Notes: generated from the letters alone by a model not told the origin. Shown: positions 30,563-41,295, counted from the stretch's first letter. The stretch is 64,000 bases of DNA from an uncultured Clostridium sp. (GCA_947364715.1 CANAUI010000003.1:13-64012), one strand, 5' to 3'. Numbers and translations are program-made.

Positions 30563-33133
30563 TTATTTTATTATCCATTTTATCAAATTTAAGTTTGCTG
30601 GCTCTAATAGCATTTCATGTTTTGGCATAACTCTAAATGTATATCCATAATTTCCACCAGTTATTAACTCAATCTTTGTTGTAAAATAATATTTTTTATT
30701 TTCTTCATCAACTTCTTGTAACTGCATTGGAATAATACTAACATTTTCTACTACACCATTATCTAATATTTTCCCATAATATGCTTCTACTGTTACATTT
30801 TCCACATCAATATTTGGAAGTTGTACTTCACAACCCACTTCAATATTATTTCCAGCATCAATAGTAATATTATCTAAATTACTGTTTTCTTGAGTAATCT
30901 TAATATCTTTCCAATTTTCAAATAAATCTTTTTTCCATGCATTATATGTTGCAACATTATCAATATTTTCATAATATTTTTTAGTTAAATTACATAAAGG
31001 AATATATAATTGTTCTGTGTAATCTACTAACATTCTTGCTGTACTATATCTTCCTCCTGTTGTCACAATTGAATTTTTCATCATTTCTAACCATCTTTGT
31101 GATATACTATTTTTATCTCTGTCATAATACATAGGAATAATTTTTTCTTCTAAAGTATGATACATACTTTGACTATCCGCCATATCTTGTGCTTCATATG
31201 AATCATATTCTGCATTTGTTCCAATTGTCCAACCATTATCTTGTGTATATCCTTCAGCCCACCAACCATCAAGTACACTAAAGTTAATAACACCATTAAC
31301 AGAAGCTTTTTGTCCACTTGTTCCTGACGCTTCCATTGGTCTTCTTGGATTATTTAACCATACATCTACACCACTAATTAAATATCTTGACATAGCTATA
31401 TTATAATTTTCAAGTAAGAATATTTTTCCTTTAAATTGTGGCATCATAGATACTTCATGAATATATTTAATTAAATCTTGTCCTTCTTTATCTGCTGGAT
31501 GTGCTTTTCCTGCAAAAATTAATTGTACTGGTCTTCCTGTATGGTTCATAATTTGTGTCATTCTTTCAATATCTTTAAATATTAATGTTGCTCTTTTATA
31601 TGTAGCAAATCTTCTAGAAAAACCAATTGTTAATGCATCTGGATTTAATTTTGATACAATTTCATTAATTTCTTCATAACTATATCCTGTTCTTCTTAAT
31701 CTTTCTGTTGTATTTTCTTTTACAATATTAATTAATTTTCTTTTTCTTTCTACATGTGCACTCCATAATTTGTCATTTGGAATATTTTTTATTTTTTCCC
31801 ATACATAATCATGATGCATATTATCTTGCCAATATGGAATTAAATATTTATTATATAATTCTTTTAATTTTGGTGCTAACCATGAACAAGTATGTATTCC
31901 ATTTGTTACATATCCAATTGGTGACTCATTTGCTGCAATATTAGGCCATATTTCACTAAATAGTTCTCTAGAAACTGCCCCATGAAGTTTACTAACTCCA
32001 TTTTTCTTTCCTGCAATTTTTAGTGCTAATATTCCCATATTAAACCCTTTTTCTAAATTTGGTCCTGGCTTCATTCCTAATTTTAAGAATTCTTCTCTTG
32101 AAATACCTAATCTTGGCCAGAAATCTTTAAAATATTTCTCAACCAATTCAATTGGGAATATATCATTTCCAGCTGGTACTGGAGTATGAGTTGTAAATAC
32201 AGTTTTTGAACTTGCAATATCTTTTGCAACCTCAAACGAAACTTGTTTATCTCTTATAATATTTTTTATAATTTCTAAATTTAAAAATGCTGAATGTCCT
32301 TCATTCATATGATAAACTGTTGGTTTCAATCCTAAATATTTAGTAAGAAGGTTTACACCTGCCATACCTAAAACAATTTCTTGTCTTATTCTCATTTCTT
32401 GGTCTCCACCATATAATCGTAATGTAACATCTCTATCTTCTTCATTATTTTTAGGTATATCAGAATCTAACAAATATAATTGTACTCTTCCCACATTAAC
32501 TTGCCATACTTTTAAATATAACCTTCTTTTTGGAAATTTTACATAAATTGTTAAATCATCACCTTTATCGTCTTTTACAGGATTTATTGGTAAATCATAT
32601 AAATCAATATTATGATATTCTGTTTCTTGTTGTCCATATCCATTAATTTTTTGGTTAAAATACCCATTTTTATATAATAATCCTACTGCTACAAGTGGTA
32701 TTCCCAAATCACTAGCAGATTTTAAATGGTCTCCTGATAAAATTCCCAATCCACCAGAATAAATTGGTATTGTTTCATCTAATCCATATTCTGCTGAAAA
32801 ATAAGCAATTAAATCTTTTTTATTTCCAGGATATTTATTAGAAAACCATGTATTTTTACTATTCATATAATCTTCAAAATTTTCTACTATCTTATCATAT
32901 TCTTTTAAAAATATACTATCTTTTGATACTTTTTCTAACCTATCTTGTGATACTTGTTTTAAAAATTTTATTGGATTTTTTGCACATTGTTCCCATAAAT
33001 CCATATCAATTTTTTGAAATAGTCTTAAAAATTCTGTGTTCCAAGACCACCATAAGTTATTTGAAATTTCTCCTAATTTTTCTATTCTTTTTGGTAATTG
33101 TGGATTGACTGTTATCCTATTAAATACATACAT
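30563..33133 (-). CDS. glgP: alpha-glucan (glycogen/maltodextrin) phosphorylase, DUF3417-type
   Basis: 856 aa; PLP-lysine region EASGTSGQKA. Confidence 0.9.
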   Translation of the reverse strand: MYVFNRITVNPQLPKRIEKLGEISNNLWWSWNTEFLRLFQKIDMDLWEQCAKNPIKFLKQVSQDRLEKVSKDSIFLKEYDKIVENFEDYMNSKNTWFSNKYPGNKKDLIAYFSAEYGLDETIPIYSGGLGILSGDHLKSASDLGIPLVAVGLLYKNGYFNQKINGYGQQETEYHNIDLYDLPINPVKDDKGDDLTIYVKFPKRRLYLKVWQVNVGRVQLYLLDSDIPKNNEEDRDVTLRLYGGDQEMRIRQEIVLGMAGVNLLTKYLGLKPTVYHMNEGHSAFLNLEIIKNIIRDKQVSFEVAKDIASSKTVFTTHTPVPAGNDIFPIELVEKYFKDFWPRLGISREEFLKLGMKPGPNLEKGFNMGILALKIAGKKNGVSKLHGAVSRELFSEIWPNIAANESPIGYVTNGIHTCSWLAPKLKELYNKYLIPYWQDNMHHDYVWEKIKNIPNDKLWSAHVERKRKLINIVKENTTERLRRTGYSYEEINEIVSKLNPDALTIGFSRRFATYKRATLIFKDIERMTQIMNHTGRPVQLIFAGKAHPADKEGQDLIKYIHEVSMMPQFKGKIFLLENYNIAMSRYLISGVDVWLNNPRRPMEASGTSGQKASVNGVINFSVLDGWWAEGYTQDNGWTIGTNAEYDSYEAQDMADSQSMYHTLEEKIIPMYYDRDKNSISQRWLEMMKNSIVTTGGRYSTARMLVDYTEQLYIPLCNLTKKYYENIDNVATYNAWKKDLFENWKDIKITQENSNLDNITIDAGNNIEVGCEVQLPNIDVENVTVEAYYGKILDNGVVENVSIIPMQLQEVDEENKKYYFTTKIELITGGNYGYTFRVMPKHEMLLEPANLNLIKWIIK

Positions 33134-33387
33134 CTATATTTCCTCCTTAGTAATTCTCTTTATTTTTTCTTTTTGTCTACATGTATATTATCTATTAAAT
33201 AGATAAAAATGTCAAACATTTTTTATAAAAATATATTAAATTTTATCATTACGATTTACAGTAATATTTGCTTACTATGAATTGTAATGTTTTATCTTCT
33301 ATATAAATAAATATTTTTTCTATATAAGGAAATACTATTATAAAAATCTTTGATTTTATATAACATAATAAAAGCACATTGAAAAAC

Positions 33388-33423
33388 AATAATTTTACAA
33401 AATAAAATTTGTGTGCAATGTTT
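33388..33423. repeat. stem-loop repeat fragment H
   Basis: AAATTTGTGTGCAATGT identical to the copy D/E hairpin-1 right arm. Confidence 0.45.
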
Positions 33424-33449
33424 GATACAGATGAAAGGAATGGAATTTT

Positions 33450-34142
33450 ATGAATCAAATTATCAATATTGATTTAAATAAGAATATTGAACAGTCAGAA
33501 GATTCTAACAATAATTATAAAACAACTTCAAAAAATCGTTCTTATAAAAAAATATTTAATATACAATTTTTACTTTCAATTTTTGCTATATTTATTGTCA
33601 TTTCTATATTTACTTACTATAAAATTTCTTTAAATAAAAAAGAAAATTTTTCTAATTTGTTAATTAATAATTATAGTATTGCCAAATTATATTCTAATAA
33701 TACTAATAATAATACAAATCATAATATTCCACTTGAACCTAATAGTATCATTGGTATTATCCAAATTCCTATACTTAATATATCTTATCCTATTTTTAAC
33801 GATTTAAATGATGAATTACTAAAAACTTCTCCTTGCAGATTTTATGGTGATTTTCCATCTTCAAATTCTAATAATTCAAATTTATGTATTGCTGGACATA
33901 ATTATGATAACGATAAATTTTTTAGCAAAATTAAAAATTTAAATATAGATGATAAAATATATATATATGATACCTATGATAATCAATATATATATTCTGT
34001 TATTAAAAATTATGAAGTCAAGTCTGATGATTTATCTCCTGTATATAATACTATTACAGACTCATTTGAATTAACTTTAGTCACTTGTAATAATTTTAAC
34101 AATAATCGAATAATTATAAAAGCAAAAAATGAAGATGTTTAA
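33450..34142 (+). CDS. sortase-family transpeptidase
   Basis: N-terminal TM helix, catalytic His (CIAGHNY) and TLVTCN Cys motif. Confidence 0.85.
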   Translation: MNQIINIDLNKNIEQSEDSNNNYKTTSKNRSYKKIFNIQFLLSIFAIFIVISIFTYYKISLNKKENFSNLLINNYSIAKLYSNNTNNNTNHNIPLEPNSIIGIIQIPILNISYPIFNDLNDELLKTSPCRFYGDFPSSNSNNSNLCIAGHNYDNDKFFSKIKNLNIDDKIYIYDTYDNQYIYSVIKNYEVKSDDLSPVYNTITDSFELTLVTCNNFNNNRIIIKAKNEDV

Positions 34143-34158
34143 ACATCTTCATTTTATT

Positions 34159-34195
34159 TTATTATAGAAAGTTCTCTGAACTTCCTATAATATAT
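34159..34195. repeat. stem-loop repeat fragment I (inverted copy of the copy-B hairpin 2)
   Basis: ATTATAGAAAGTTC-TCT-GAACTTCCTATAAT; likely terminator between convergent genes. Confidence 0.6.
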
Positions 34196-34219
34196 ATTCA
34201 TGTAATAATTACAATATTA

Positions 34220-34603
34220 TTAATCTATATTTCTATAATCTTTTATTTTCTTATATGCATAAATTGCTGAAATAGCAAATACAACAACTAACAACATCAT
34301 TGGTAAAGAATCTTGTATACCAGTCTTTGGTAAAGAATTTGATGTATTAACAGTATTACTTGTATTTTTTAATGCATTTAAGTTTTGAACATTACTTGAA
34401 TTAGAATTTGTATTTGTATTTTTGTTTGTTGTGTTTGAATTTGTATTACTTGTATTTGATGTATTACTTGTATTTAAAGTATTATCTGCAAATACATCTT
34501 CAAACCCTTCATCTGTTGCTGCATATACTGGTGTTATTGCAAATACAAGTATTGCACATACTAAAATTACTAAAAAACTTTTTAAAATAACTGATTTTTT
34601 CAT
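34220..34603 (-). CDS. small LPXTG-anchored surface protein with N/T/S low-complexity region
   Basis: signal peptide; LPKTG followed by a hydrophobic stretch and a basic tail (KKIKDYR). Confidence 0.8.
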   Translation of the reverse strand: MKKSVILKSFLVILVCAILVFAITPVYAATDEGFEDVFADNTLNTSNTSNTSNTNSNTTNKNTNTNSNSSNVQNLNALKNTSNTVNTSNSLPKTGIQDSLPMMLLVVVFAISAIYAYKKIKDYRNID

Positions 34604-34814
34604 ATTATTACCTCTCCTTACTTCAAATAGTATATTTTCTCTATTACTTTATAAACAATTATTATTATAGCACGCTTTTTAAATAATTGCAAGTTTATAA
34701 ACACACTATCTATCTTTTGTTTACTTATTATATATTATACTTATTTTATTTTTTAGTCAATATATTTTCAAATTTTATTTTTATTACATTTTCATGACAT
34801 TTGTATTACATTTG

Positions 34815-35906
34815 CTATACATTAAATTTAAATAAAACAATATCTCCATCTTGCATAATATAGTCTTTTCCTTCTGCTCTAACTAATCCTTTCTCCTTTG
34901 CTGACACCATTGAGCCTTGCTCTGTTAAATCTTTAAAAGAAACTACTTCTGCTTTTATAAAACCTCTCTCAATGTCTGAATGTATCTTTCCTGCTGCTTG
35001 TGGAGCTTTTGTTCCTTTTTTTATGGTCCATGCTCTAACCTCTGGTTCTCCTGCTGTTAAAAATGACATTAAGCCTAATAAATCATAACTTTTTTTAATA
35101 ACTTTATCTAGTCCTGATTCTTCTAGTTCTAGCATTTCCAACATTTCTTTTTTATCATTATCATCTAATCCTGACAATTCTTCTTCCACTTTTACACATA
35201 ATGGTATTACTTCTGCTTTTTCTTTTTCAGCATATTCTTTTACCTTTTTAACCATTAAATCATTTTCTGCATTATTTAATTGTTGTTCAGATACATTAGC
35301 AATATATAATATTGGTTTTGTTGTTAATAAAAACATGTCTTTCACTAAAACTTGTTCATCTTCATTAAAATCGATTGCTCTTGCTGAAATTCCATTTTCT
35401 AGATTTTCTTTTATTTTTTCTAGTAAATTAATTTCCTCTTGGTATTTTTTATCTGATTTTAGATTTTTCTTTGCTTTATCTAATCTTTTGTTAACAGTTT
35501 CTATATCTGCAAATATTAATTCTAGATTAATAGTTTCAATATCTCTTACTGGCTCTATATTTCCGTCAACATGTACAATATTAGAGTCTTCAAAACATCT
35601 TACTACTTCACATATAGCATCTGTTTCACGAATGTGTGATAAAAATTTATTTCCTAATCCTTCTCCTTTGCTGGCTCCTTTTACTAATCCAGCTATATCT
35701 ACAAATTCAATAACTGCATGTGTTGTTTTTTGTGGATTATACATATTTGTTAATACATCTAATCTTTCATCTGGAACAGGCACTATTCCCACATTTGGCT
35801 CTATTGTACAGAATGGATAATTTGCACATTCTGCACCTGCCTTTGTTATACTATTAAATAATGTACTTTTTCCTACATTTGGTAATCCTACGATTCCTAG
35901 CTTCAT
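34815..35906 (-). CDS. ychF: redox-regulated ATPase YchF
   Basis: GLPNVGKST P-loop; 363 aa; C-terminal TGS-like domain. Confidence 0.95.
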   Translation of the reverse strand: MKLGIVGLPNVGKSTLFNSITKAGAECANYPFCTIEPNVGIVPVPDERLDVLTNMYNPQKTTHAVIEFVDIAGLVKGASKGEGLGNKFLSHIRETDAICEVVRCFEDSNIVHVDGNIEPVRDIETINLELIFADIETVNKRLDKAKKNLKSDKKYQEEINLLEKIKENLENGISARAIDFNEDEQVLVKDMFLLTTKPILYIANVSEQQLNNAENDLMVKKVKEYAEKEKAEVIPLCVKVEEELSGLDDNDKKEMLEMLELEESGLDKVIKKSYDLLGLMSFLTAGEPEVRAWTIKKGTKAPQAAGKIHSDIERGFIKAEVVSFKDLTEQGSMVSAKEKGLVRAEGKDYIMQDGDIVLFKFNV

Positions 35907-36011
35907 TTTTTCATTCCCTCTTCTTTTATTATATATATTTTCTTTATTTCATAAAATTGTAAGAATCTAACTTACCAAAGTATTTTACCATACTTATATT
36001 TCTTAGTCAAA

Positions 36012-36824
36012 TTATTTAATATAAATTGAAGGGTCTATTGCGATAGAATCTTTTAATATTTCAAAATGTAAATGTGGCTCATCTGCAATTTCAAATACTG
36101 CACTATTTCCAACAGTTCCTATAGATTGTCCTTTTTCTATAGTTTCTCCTTCTACAACAAATTCAGAAGTTAATAAATTAGAATATACTGTTTGATAAGT
36201 ATCATCATGTTCAATTACAATTGTTAAACCATATCTAGGGTCATTTTTTATAGATTTTACAACTCCTGCTTCTGCAGATTTTACAACAGTTGTTTTATCT
36301 GCTTTTATATCAATTCCATTATGTGTAACCCATTCTTCTAAAGTTTCTGAATATACTAAATTATCTTGAGCAAATTCTCTTGCCAATTCTCCTTCTACTG
36401 GTTTTTGGAATGCCAACTCTTTTGCTTCTACTTTCTTTTCTTCTTTTTCTTTATTTGTTGTATTTTGTATTGTATTTACATTATCACTATTACTTTTTAC
36501 TGTTTCATTAGTAATTGTATTTTTTGCTGTTCCATTTTGTGGATTTTTCTCCTTTGTTTCTTCCTTACTTTCTTCAACTGTCTTTCCTATTTCTGTACTT
36601 GCACTTTCTGTTTCTTCTTTATTTTCTCCTATATCTCCAATAATCTCTGTCATTTGCTCTAATGTCATTGTTTCATTTCTTATATCTTTATTTATTTTTT
36701 GGCTATATAGTAATAAAGAAATAATAATAATTCCAATAATTACAGCTCCCATAATTGCATAAGAAATAATTTTATCATTTATATTTTTTTCCCCTATATT
36801 TTTTAAATGAATATCTTTTTTCAT
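36012..36824 (-). CDS. spoIIQ: M23/LytM-domain membrane protein, SpoIIQ-like
   Basis: N-terminal TM helix, charged linker, LytM domain with HLHFEI; immediately downstream of spoIID, as I recall for C. difficile. Confidence 0.55.
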   Translation of the reverse strand: MKKDIHLKNIGEKNINDKIISYAIMGAVIIGIIIISLLLYSQKINKDIRNETMTLEQMTEIIGDIGENKEETESASTEIGKTVEESKEETKEKNPQNGTAKNTITNETVKSNSDNVNTIQNTTNKEKEEKKVEAKELAFQKPVEGELAREFAQDNLVYSETLEEWVTHNGIDIKADKTTVVKSAEAGVVKSIKNDPRYGLTIVIEHDDTYQTVYSNLLTSEFVVEGETIEKGQSIGTVGNSAVFEIADEPHLHFEILKDSIAIDPSIYIK

Positions 36825-36905
36825 ATACTCCTCCTTAAATACTTTATTATTACAAGTATTTCCTTTTTTTTAAAGATTATACATTTAAAAATATTTTTTT
36901 TAATA

Positions 36906-37052
36906 GAACAAAAGAGGCATAATTAAAATTTTATGACCTTTTAGATTACTCTTCATGCCTCGTCTTTGTTCGTGCGCCAAATTTATGAAATAAATTTGTG
37001 TGCAATGTGTTTTATATATTAGAAAAGTCAGTATGACTTTCCTAATATATAA
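36906..37052. repeat. intergenic modular stem-loop repeat, copy D
   Basis: outer stem GAACAAAAGAGGCAT/ATGCCTCGTCTTTGTTC; hairpin CAAATTTAT-GAA-ATAAATTTG followed by TGTGCAATG; 18-bp AT-rich hairpin 2. Positions 36976-37052 are identical to 39892-39968. Confidence 0.75.
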
Positions 37053-37056
37053 ATAA

Positions 37057-37102
37057 TGTTACAATTCACAATTGATAAATATTATCTTTTTGAATTGTAA
37101 CA
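37057..37102. terminator. stem-loop after spoIID
   Basis: TGTTACAATTCA / TGAATTGTAACA 12-bp perfect stem with 22-nt loop. Confidence 0.45.
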
Positions 37103-37108
37103 AAATAA

Positions 37109-38110
37109 CTATAGAAAATTAACCTCTTTAATTTCTACCCCTACATAAAAATGATTAATAATTTCTTCTGCTGTACTTCCATTTTTTGCCATGCTATCTG
37201 CTCCTGTCTGGCTCATACCAACACCATGGCCATATCCTACTACTGTAAATTTTACTTTTCCATCTTGTTTTAATAATTCAAAATTTGTAGAACGTAATCC
37301 AAATATACTTCTTGCTTCTGTACCTGAAATTTCATGATTACCAAATTTAATTACCTTTATTCTTCCACTACTTGTATATTCTAATATCTTTATATCTTCA
37401 TCATTATGAAAATCAATTTGAATGTCTTCATATTTTTGTTTCAATTTTTCTAATATTTCTTCATTTGTTAATTCCACCTCTGAATTATATTGTGTATATC
37501 CTTCTTCTCCAGCTGTTTCAACCACCTGAAGATATGGCATATTACTACCTCCACCCCATACATCTACTGGAAGTTCTGTTTTTCCTCCACTGTTAGAGTG
37601 AAAAAATGCATTAATTGGCTCATTATTATATGTTATTATTTTTCCTTGTGTTTGTAATACAGATTCTTCTATTTGATTCCATTTTGCTTCTTTATCTCCA
37701 TCCCATCTTGCTAATCTACCTTCTTTAGAAATCCAAGCTTGGCAACAATTTGAATCATCACAAATATCTGCATTATCATGTTTTTTGTTATTAATTTTAT
37801 AAATAGTATAAGTTCTTGCAACTATCGCTTGTGCTTTTAAAGCTTCTTTTTCAAAATCTACTGGCATTTCTGCTGAGATTACATTACAAAGATATGTATC
37901 TAAATTAACTTCTTCTATCTCATTTGTATCTGTATGTAGCAATTTAATTGTTCCATATTTATTATATGTATATATTTCTGAAACCTTTTCTTCACTTTGT
38001 TCTTCCTCTTTTATGTCTGATAATGCACTAATTTCCGACTTTGTAAGTAATGCTGGTAAAATAAAACAAATAAATAAAAAAGCAAAAAAATAGATAAAAA
38101 CTTTTTTCAA
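37109..38110 (-). CDS. spoIID: stage II sporulation protein D (lytic transglycosylase)
   Basis: AQAIVARTY, FHSNSGGKTE and GHGVGMSQ motifs. Confidence 0.9.
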   Translation of the reverse strand: MKKVFIYFFAFLFICFILPALLTKSEISALSDIKEEEQSEEKVSEIYTYNKYGTIKLLHTDTNEIEEVNLDTYLCNVISAEMPVDFEKEALKAQAIVARTYTIYKINNKKHDNADICDDSNCCQAWISKEGRLARWDGDKEAKWNQIEESVLQTQGKIITYNNEPINAFFHSNSGGKTELPVDVWGGGSNMPYLQVVETAGEEGYTQYNSEVELTNEEILEKLKQKYEDIQIDFHNDEDIKILEYTSSGRIKVIKFGNHEISGTEARSIFGLRSTNFELLKQDGKVKFTVVGYGHGVGMSQTGADSMAKNGSTAEEIINHFYVGVEIKEVNFL

Positions 38111-38125
38111 TTTATCACCCCACTA

Positions 38126-38854
38126 TTATGAAATTAGCTTTATTTTCATATTTTGTAAAATTTTTCTCTCTAATCTTGATACTTGTACTTGTGTAATTCC
38201 AAGAATTTTTGCTACTTGTGACTGTGTTTTATCTTTATAAAACCTTAAAAATATGATTTCTTTATCTCTATCTTCTAATCCTTCTATTAATTGTTTTATT
38301 GCTAATTTATTTGTGATAATTTCTTCTTCATTTTTATCTGATGAAATTTTTTCTATTAAATTTAAACTATTCCCATCTTTGTTATTTGTATAAAAACTTC
38401 CGTCTATAGATTCTACTGTATTGTTTGCTTCTAATGCTAATCCAATATCTTCTTTTGAAATTTTTAGCTCTTTTTCTAATTCTTGTATTGTTAATTCCTT
38501 TCCACTTTTAATAATACTTTCTTTTTGCAGTTCTTTTATCTTCATTCCTAATTCCTTAATACTTCTACTAACTTTTATTGGTCCATCATCACGTATATAT
38601 CTTTTAATTTCTCCTATCATATATGGAACTGCATATGTAGATAATTTCACCTCATAATTTGTATCAAATCTTTTAATTGATTTAATAAATCCCATACATC
38701 CTATCTGGTATAAATCTTCCAAATCATATCCTCTACCATTAAATCTTTTTACAATACTCCATATGAGTCCATTATTATCTCTAATCATTCTCTCCATTTC
38801 ATATTTATCACCAGATTGCGCTTTTTTGATTGCTTCTATACTATTTTCAAACAT
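38126..38854 (-). CDS. sigF: sporulation sigma factor SigF
   Basis: sigma-70 regions 2-4; third gene of the spoIIA operon. Confidence 0.9.
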   Translation of the reverse strand: MFENSIEAIKKAQSGDKYEMERMIRDNNGLIWSIVKRFNGRGYDLEDLYQIGCMGFIKSIKRFDTNYEVKLSTYAVPYMIGEIKRYIRDDGPIKVSRSIKELGMKIKELQKESIIKSGKELTIQELEKELKISKEDIGLALEANNTVESIDGSFYTNNKDGNSLNLIEKISSDKNEEEIITNKLAIKQLIEGLEDRDKEIIFLRFYKDKTQSQVAKILGITQVQVSRLERKILQNMKIKLIS

Positions 38855-38863
38855 AGTTTACCT

Positions 38864-39346
38864 CTATTCTTTTGTAATCATTTTAAACTCATCATCAGAT
38901 TCTTCATTTTCCAATTTGCTTTTTATTACTTTTCTCATTGTTATTTTTGTTCCCAATCCTACAACAGATTCTACTTCCACTTCATCCATAAAACTTTCCA
39001 TGATGGTAAATCCCATACCTGACCTTTCCAAATTTGGTTTTGTAGTATATAATGGTTCTTTTGCTATATCAATATTTTCTATTCCCTTTCCTTTATCTGA
39101 TATTTCTATTAATATTTCATTTTCTTTTAATCTTGCAAATATTTTTACAATCCCTTGTTTTTTATCATATCCATGAATAATGCAATTTGTAACTGCTTCA
39201 GAAACTGCTGTTTTAATATCTGCTAATTCTTCAATCGTTGGGTCCAATTGTGATGCAAAGGCTGCAACTGTAATTCTTGCAAATGCTTCATTTGCAGATT
39301 TACTAACAAATTCTAATTTCATTTCATTTTCAATTTCACTTTTCAT
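38864..39346 (-). CDS. spoIIAB: anti-sigma F factor SpoIIAB (serine kinase)
   Basis: GHKL ATPase motifs ([26 protein letters not shown]). Confidence 0.92.
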   Translation of the reverse strand: MKSEIENEMKLEFVSKSANEAFARITVAAFASQLDPTIEELADIKTAVSEAVTNCIIHGYDKKQGIVKIFARLKENEILIEISDKGKGIENIDIAKEPLYTTKPNLERSGMGFTIMESFMDEVEVESVVGLGTKITMRKVIKSKLENEESDDEFKMITKE

Positions 39347-39448
39347 CTTATTTTCCTTCTAAATATATATTTAGGTTTTTTTAGGTTATGCCTATAAACC
39401 TTATTCTTTATATATTGTATTAAATTATTAATTTATAAATATATCGTT

Positions 39449-39769
39449 TTATAACACCTCTAAATTAGTAATTGGTATTAATCTTAAAATTCCACTCATT
39501 TCAAATATTTTTTTTATACTACTTGTTAAATTTGCAAGTTCTACTGTACCTCCCAACATTTTCGCAAGTTTATACCTTCCTATAATTAACCCTATTCCTG
39601 CACTATCCATAAATGTAACACAATTAAAATCAAATATAACTTTTTTAGGCATATATCTTTCAATTTCATAATCTGCCTTCCTCCTTATCTTTTGAACACT
39701 ACAATCATCAATTTCATCTGTGATTTTAAACATTAATAACTTGTCCTCTTTATAATATTTCGATTCCAT
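39449..39769 (-). CDS. spoIIAA: anti-sigma F factor antagonist SpoIIAA (STAS)
   Basis: 106 aa STAS domain with FMDSAGIG phospho-serine region. Confidence 0.9.
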   Translation of the reverse strand: MESKYYKEDKLLMFKITDEIDDCSVQKIRRKADYEIERYMPKKVIFDFNCVTFMDSAGIGLIIGRYKLAKMLGGTVELANLTSSIKKIFEMSGILRLIPITNLEVL

Positions 39770-39822
39770 TATATCCTCCTTTAAATTTCTTTTTATATTA
39801 TATTTTATTTTACAATATTTTC

Positions 39823-39968
39823 CAAGAGCAAAACTTAGGAAGTTTTGTCGTTTTATAACAAGTTTTCGACAATTCTAATCTTTGCTCATCTGCCAAATTT
39901 ATGAAATAAATTTGTGTGCAATGTGTTTTATATATTAGAAAAGTCAGTATGACTTTCCTAATATATAA
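39823..39968. repeat. intergenic modular stem-loop repeat, copy E
   Basis: 77 nt identical to copy D; different left module (AGAGCAAA..TTTGCTC, AAAACTT-AGG-AAGTTTT). Confidence 0.75.
39865..39871 (-). promoter_or_regulatory. candidate Spo0A box upstream of spoIIAA
   Basis: plus-strand TTCGACA equals TGTCGAA on the gene strand, about 100 nt upstream of the start. Confidence 0.3.
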
Positions 39969-39974
39969 TATAAA

Positions 39975-40014
39975 TACAGACTGAAACTACTTTTTCAAGC
40001 ATTCTCAGTCTGTA
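39975..40014. terminator. terminator after ytfJ
   Basis: TACAGACTGA / TCAGTCTGTA 10-bp stem with T-rich flanks. Confidence 0.55.
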
Positions 40015-40055
40015 CTTTTATTTTAGAATTTACCATCACTTAAACCATTATAATC

Positions 40056-40676
40056 TTATTCATCATCTAAAGTTTCATCATATTCATACTCATAAACTAT
40101 TTCTTCTTCTACTGGCTTTTTAGTTTTTTCTATTCTTTCTTTTATATGTCTACTTTCATCTAAATCTTCTTTTATTCTATCTTCATCCATTTTTACCTTT
40201 TCTGATTTTTTCTGTATCTTATCCTGTTTTCTTTCTTTCTCTTTTTCATTCTCTTTATCTTTTGACTTTTGTATACATTTGTTAATCATATTATTAGTTT
40301 TATCTAATAAATCTGGAATATAATCTAAAAACTTGTCTATTGATGAACTATAATTAACTGGCATTAATTTTACATTTTCACCTTGGATAACCAAAAATGC
40401 TATTGGATTAATAGTAACACCTGCTCCTGAACCTCCTCCAAATGGTAATCTATATTGTACCTCTTCTTCTTTTTCCTTTTTCCTGTATTCATCCACCGTT
40501 TCTCCTTTAAATTCGCTTCCACCTGATGCAAATCCAAAAGATACTTTTGATATTGGAATAATTACAATATTATTTGATGTTTCGATTGGCTCACCTATAA
40601 TTGTATTAACATCTATCATATCTTTGATACTATTCATAGCTGTAGTCATAAGACCTTCTATTGGATGTTCGCTCAT
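40056..40676 (-). CDS. ytfJ: GerW/YtfJ-family sporulation protein with long charged C-terminal extension
   Basis: N-terminal HPIEGLM..VNTIIGEPI..IIPISKVSFGFASGG is YtfJ-like; about 80 extra K/E/D-rich residues. Confidence 0.8.
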   Translation of the reverse strand: MSEHPIEGLMTTAMNSIKDMIDVNTIIGEPIETSNNIVIIPISKVSFGFASGGSEFKGETVDEYRKKEKEEEVQYRLPFGGGSGAGVTINPIAFLVIQGENVKLMPVNYSSSIDKFLDYIPDLLDKTNNMINKCIQKSKDKENEKEKERKQDKIQKKSEKVKMDEDRIKEDLDESRHIKERIEKTKKPVEEEIVYEYEYDETLDDE

Positions 40677-41295
40677 ATTTTTTTCTTCCTCCTTTTCTAT
40701 TTAATACATATATGATATTTATAATATGTATCAGTTTTATTTGAAATATACCAGAAAATTCAATTTTTATAGAATTTTCATTCCTATAAATTGGCTGTAT
40801 CTTATATGCAATATTGTTTTCTCTTATATGAATTTTTGAAACCCAAATAGATAATATACTAGAAAAAATAGCAACTAACATAGCTGTAAAAAATGCATTT
40901 TCTGTACCCAACTCTATTTGTAAAGCTAATTCTTTCATATAAATACTTTTACTAAATTCTCTTAATCCTATAATCATTTCCTTATCAAATTTGTTTTTGT
41001 CTTGCAGAATATCCTTTTCTAATTTCTTTATTTTCTCATTCATATTCCAAGCCTGTTGTATTTTTTTTAATTTTTTCTTATTTAGTTTAATATTTATAAT
41101 TGGTATTTTTTCAAAAATTTTTAATTTTATAATAAATTCACTATCATTAAAAATATGTCCTTTATTTTTTGAGTTTATTATTAGATTTACAATATTTATT
41201 TCTATTTTTGATGTTATAATTATCAATGTTACTATAAGAATAATCCACATAATAAAAAGAAAAACCAATATATTTGCCTCCTTTTTATAAAGCAA
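40630..41295 (-). CDS. ytfI: YtfI-like (DUF2953) sporulation membrane protein
   Basis: N-terminal TM helix, position upstream of ytfJ; overlaps ytfJ by 47 nt. Confidence 0.6.
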   Translation of the reverse strand: MLYKKEANILVFLFIMWIILIVTLIIITSKIEINIVNLIINSKNKGHIFNDSEFIIKLKIFEKIPIINIKLNKKKLKKIQQAWNMNEKIKKLEKDILQDKNKFDKEMIIGLREFSKSIYMKELALQIELGTENAFFTAMLVAIFSSILSIWVSKIHIRENNIAYKIQPIYRNENSIKIEFSGIFQIKLIHIINIIYVLNRKGGRKKYERTSNRRSYDYSYE

